Source: Raja brachyura
Lineage: Eukaryota
Reading direction: 5' to 3'
Length of the DNA: 64,000 nucleotides
NCBI GenBank assembly: GCA_963514005.1
Contig: OY740783.1
Span: 5,456,001-5,520,000, forward strand
In this document: piece after piece, positions 61,330-64,000 of the stretch
Position numbering within the stretch: position 1 is the stretch's first letter
How the letters are laid out: every line of letters begins with the position of its first letter
Translations under genes and position numbers: made by a program
The notes under the pieces: generated by a model
Databases searched by the model: none
What the model saw: the letters and a program-made list of their open reading frames with translations, nothing else
What the model was told of the DNA's origin: nothing

Positions 61330-64000
61330 GAAACATAGAAAATAGGTGCAGGAGGAGGCCATTTGGCCCTTCGAGCCAGCACCGTCATTCATTGTAATCA
61401 TGGCTGATCGTCCCCAATCAGTACCCCTTCTCCCCATATCTTGCCTTCTCCCCATATTACCCGACTCTGCTATTCTCAAGATTGCTATTGCCCTATCTAG
61501 CTCTCTCTTAAAAGCATCCAGAGAACCTGCCTCCACCACCCTCTGAGGTAGAGAATTCCACAGACTCTCTGTGAGAAAATGTGTTTCCTCGTCTCCATTC
61601 TAAATGGCTTACTCCTTATTCTTAAACTGTTGCCCCTGGTTCTGGACTCCCCCAACATCGGGAACATGTTTCCTGCCTCCAGCGTGTCCAAACCCTTAAC
61701 AATCATATATGTTTCAATGAGAATCCCTCTCATCCTTCTAAACTACAGAGTGTACAAGCCCAGCTGCTCCATTCTCTCAGCATATGACAGTCCCGCCATC
61801 CCGGGAATTAACCTTGTAAACCTGCGCTGCGCTCCCTCAATAGGAAGAATATCCTTCCTCAAATTAGGGGACCAAATCTGCACACAATAGTCCAGGTGTG
61901 GTCTCACTAGGGCTCTGTACAACTGCAGAAGGACCTCTTTGCTCCTATATTCGATTCCTCTTGTTATAAAGGCCAACATGCCATTCACTTTCTTCACTGC
62001 CTGCTGTACCTGCATGGTTACTTTCATTGACTGATGTACAAGGACCCCCAGATCCCGTTGTACTTCCCCTTTTCCAAACTTGACACCATTTCGATAGTAA
62101 TCTGCCTTCCTATTTTTGCTACCAAAGTGGATAACCTCACATTTATCCGCATTAAACTTCATCAGCCCTGCATCTGCCCACTCCCCAACCTCTCCAAGTC
62201 ACCCTGCATTCTCATAGCATCCTCCTCACAGTTCACACTGCCAGCCTTGTGGTACACCACTAGTCACTACCTGCCATTCTGAAAGGGACCCGTTAATCCC
62301 TACTCTTTGTTTCCTGTCTGTCAACCACTTCTCTATCCATGTCAGCACTCTACCCCCTATACCATGTGCCCTAATTTTGCCCACTAATCTCCTATGTGGG
62401 ACCTTATTAAATGCTTTCTGAAAGTCCAGGTACACTACATCCACTAGCTCTCCCTTGTCCATTTTCCTAGTTACATCTTCCAAAAATTTCAGAAGATTAG
62501 TCAAGCATGATTTCCCCTTCGGAAATCCATGCTGACTTGCACTGATCCTGTTACTGCTATCCAAATATGCGGCTATCTCATCTTGTATAATTGACTCCAG
62601 CATCTTCCCCACCACCGATGTCAGGCTAACCGGTTCCCTGTATTCTCTCTCCTGCCTTTCTTAAAAAGTGGGATAACATTAGCTACCCTCCAATCCACAG
62701 GAACTGATTCTGAATCTATAGAACATTGGATAATTATCACCAATGCATCCACGATTTCTAGGGCCACTTCCTTACGTACCCTGGGATGCAGACCATCAGG
62801 CCCTGGGGATTTATCAGCCTTCCGTCCCATCAGTCTATCCAACACCATTTCCTGCCTAATGTGGATTTCCTTCAGTTCCTCCGTCACCCCAGATCCTCTG
62901 GCCACTACTATATCAGGAAGATTGGTTTGTCCTCCTTAGTGAAGACGGATCCAAAGTACCTGTTCAACGCATCTGCCATTTCCTTGTTCCCCATAATAAA
63001 TTCCCCTTTTTCGGTCTTCAAGGGTCCAACTTTGGTTTTAACTAATTTTTTCCTCTTCACTTACCTAAAGAAGCTTTTACTATCCTGCTTTATATTCTTG
63101 GCTGGCTTACCTTCGTACCTCATCTTTTCTCCCTGTATTGCCTTTTTAGTTATCTTCAGTTGTTCTTTAAACATTACCTAATCCTCTTGTTTCCGGCTCA
63201 TCTTTGCTACGTTATACTTCTTTGCTTTAATTTTTATACTGTCCCTGACGTCCCTTGTCAGCCATGGTCATCCCTTTCTCCACTAGGAATCTTTCTTCCT
63301 CCTAGGAATGAACTGATCCTGCACCTTCTGTATTATTGCTAGAAACACCTGCCATTTCTGTTCCACTGTCATCCCTGCTGGTGTATCTTTCCAGTCAACT
63401 TTGGCCAGCTCCTCCCTCATGGCCCCATAGTCCCCTTTATTCAACTGTAACACTGACACCTCCGATCTACCCTTCCCCCTCCCGAATTGTAGATTAAACC
63501 TGGCCATGTTATGGTCACTGCCTCCTAATGGCTCATTAACCTCGAGGTCCTTTATGAAATCCGGTTCATTAAATAACACTAAATCCAGAATTGACTTCTC
63601 CATGGTAGGCTCCAATACAAGCTGTTCGAAGAATCCATCACAAAGGCAGTCTGCTAAGTCCCTTTCTTGGGGTCCAGTACCAACCTGATTTTCCCAGTCT
63701 ACCTGCATGTTGAAATCTCCCATAACACCCACAGCATTAATTTTGCTACATGCCAATTTTAACTCCCAATTCAACTTGCACCCTATGTCCAGGCTACTGT
63801 TTAGGAGCCTTTAGATTAGTCCCATTAGGGTATTTTTACCCTTACAATTCCTTAGTTCTATCCATACTGGCTCCACATTTCCTGTTTCAATTTCACCCCT
63901 CGCAAGGGACTGAATTTCATTCCTCATCAACAGGGCAACCCCACCCCTTCTGCCCACCTGTCTGTCTTTTCGATAGGAGGTATACCCTTGAATATTCAGT
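61330..64000 (-). mobile_element. Long degenerate CR1 LINE (APE and RT, runs off window)
   Basis: MGDFN and GGSDH in ORF 63283-63774; RT fragments 62905-61497; 3' tail at about 61330. Confidence 0.92.

Overview
Vertebrate (cartilaginous fish, most likely a rajid skate) genomic DNA, heavily filled with transposable elements. It contains one complete, unrearranged immunoglobulin mu heavy-chain minicluster on the minus strand (34503 to 14445): leader, VH, D1, D2, JH, CH1-CH3, CH4 with secretory tail, TM1 and TM2. All exons have open frames and compatible splice phases, and the RSS set is 23 / 12-22 / 12-12 / 23. The rest is nested TEs: several CR1-type LINE families, L1, Rex1/Babar, an L2/Crack-like LINE, a Hero-like RT remnant, Penelope-like fragments with minimal hammerhead ribozyme motifs, a DIRS element with its terminal inverted structure, a solo LTR, Harbinger-type MITEs, a Helitron remnant and V-SINEs. 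The most notable observations are an inverted-duplicated octamer module with a nearby PU box in the J-C intron (candidate enhancer), a GC splice donor on TM1, a degenerate V-RSS nonamer, a fold-back LINE palindrome abutting the VH promoter, and a 2-kb Harbinger-type element carrying a cluster of hammerhead-bearing repeats. Family and species assignments come from recalled motifs, not database searches. No prokaryotic-type system is present.
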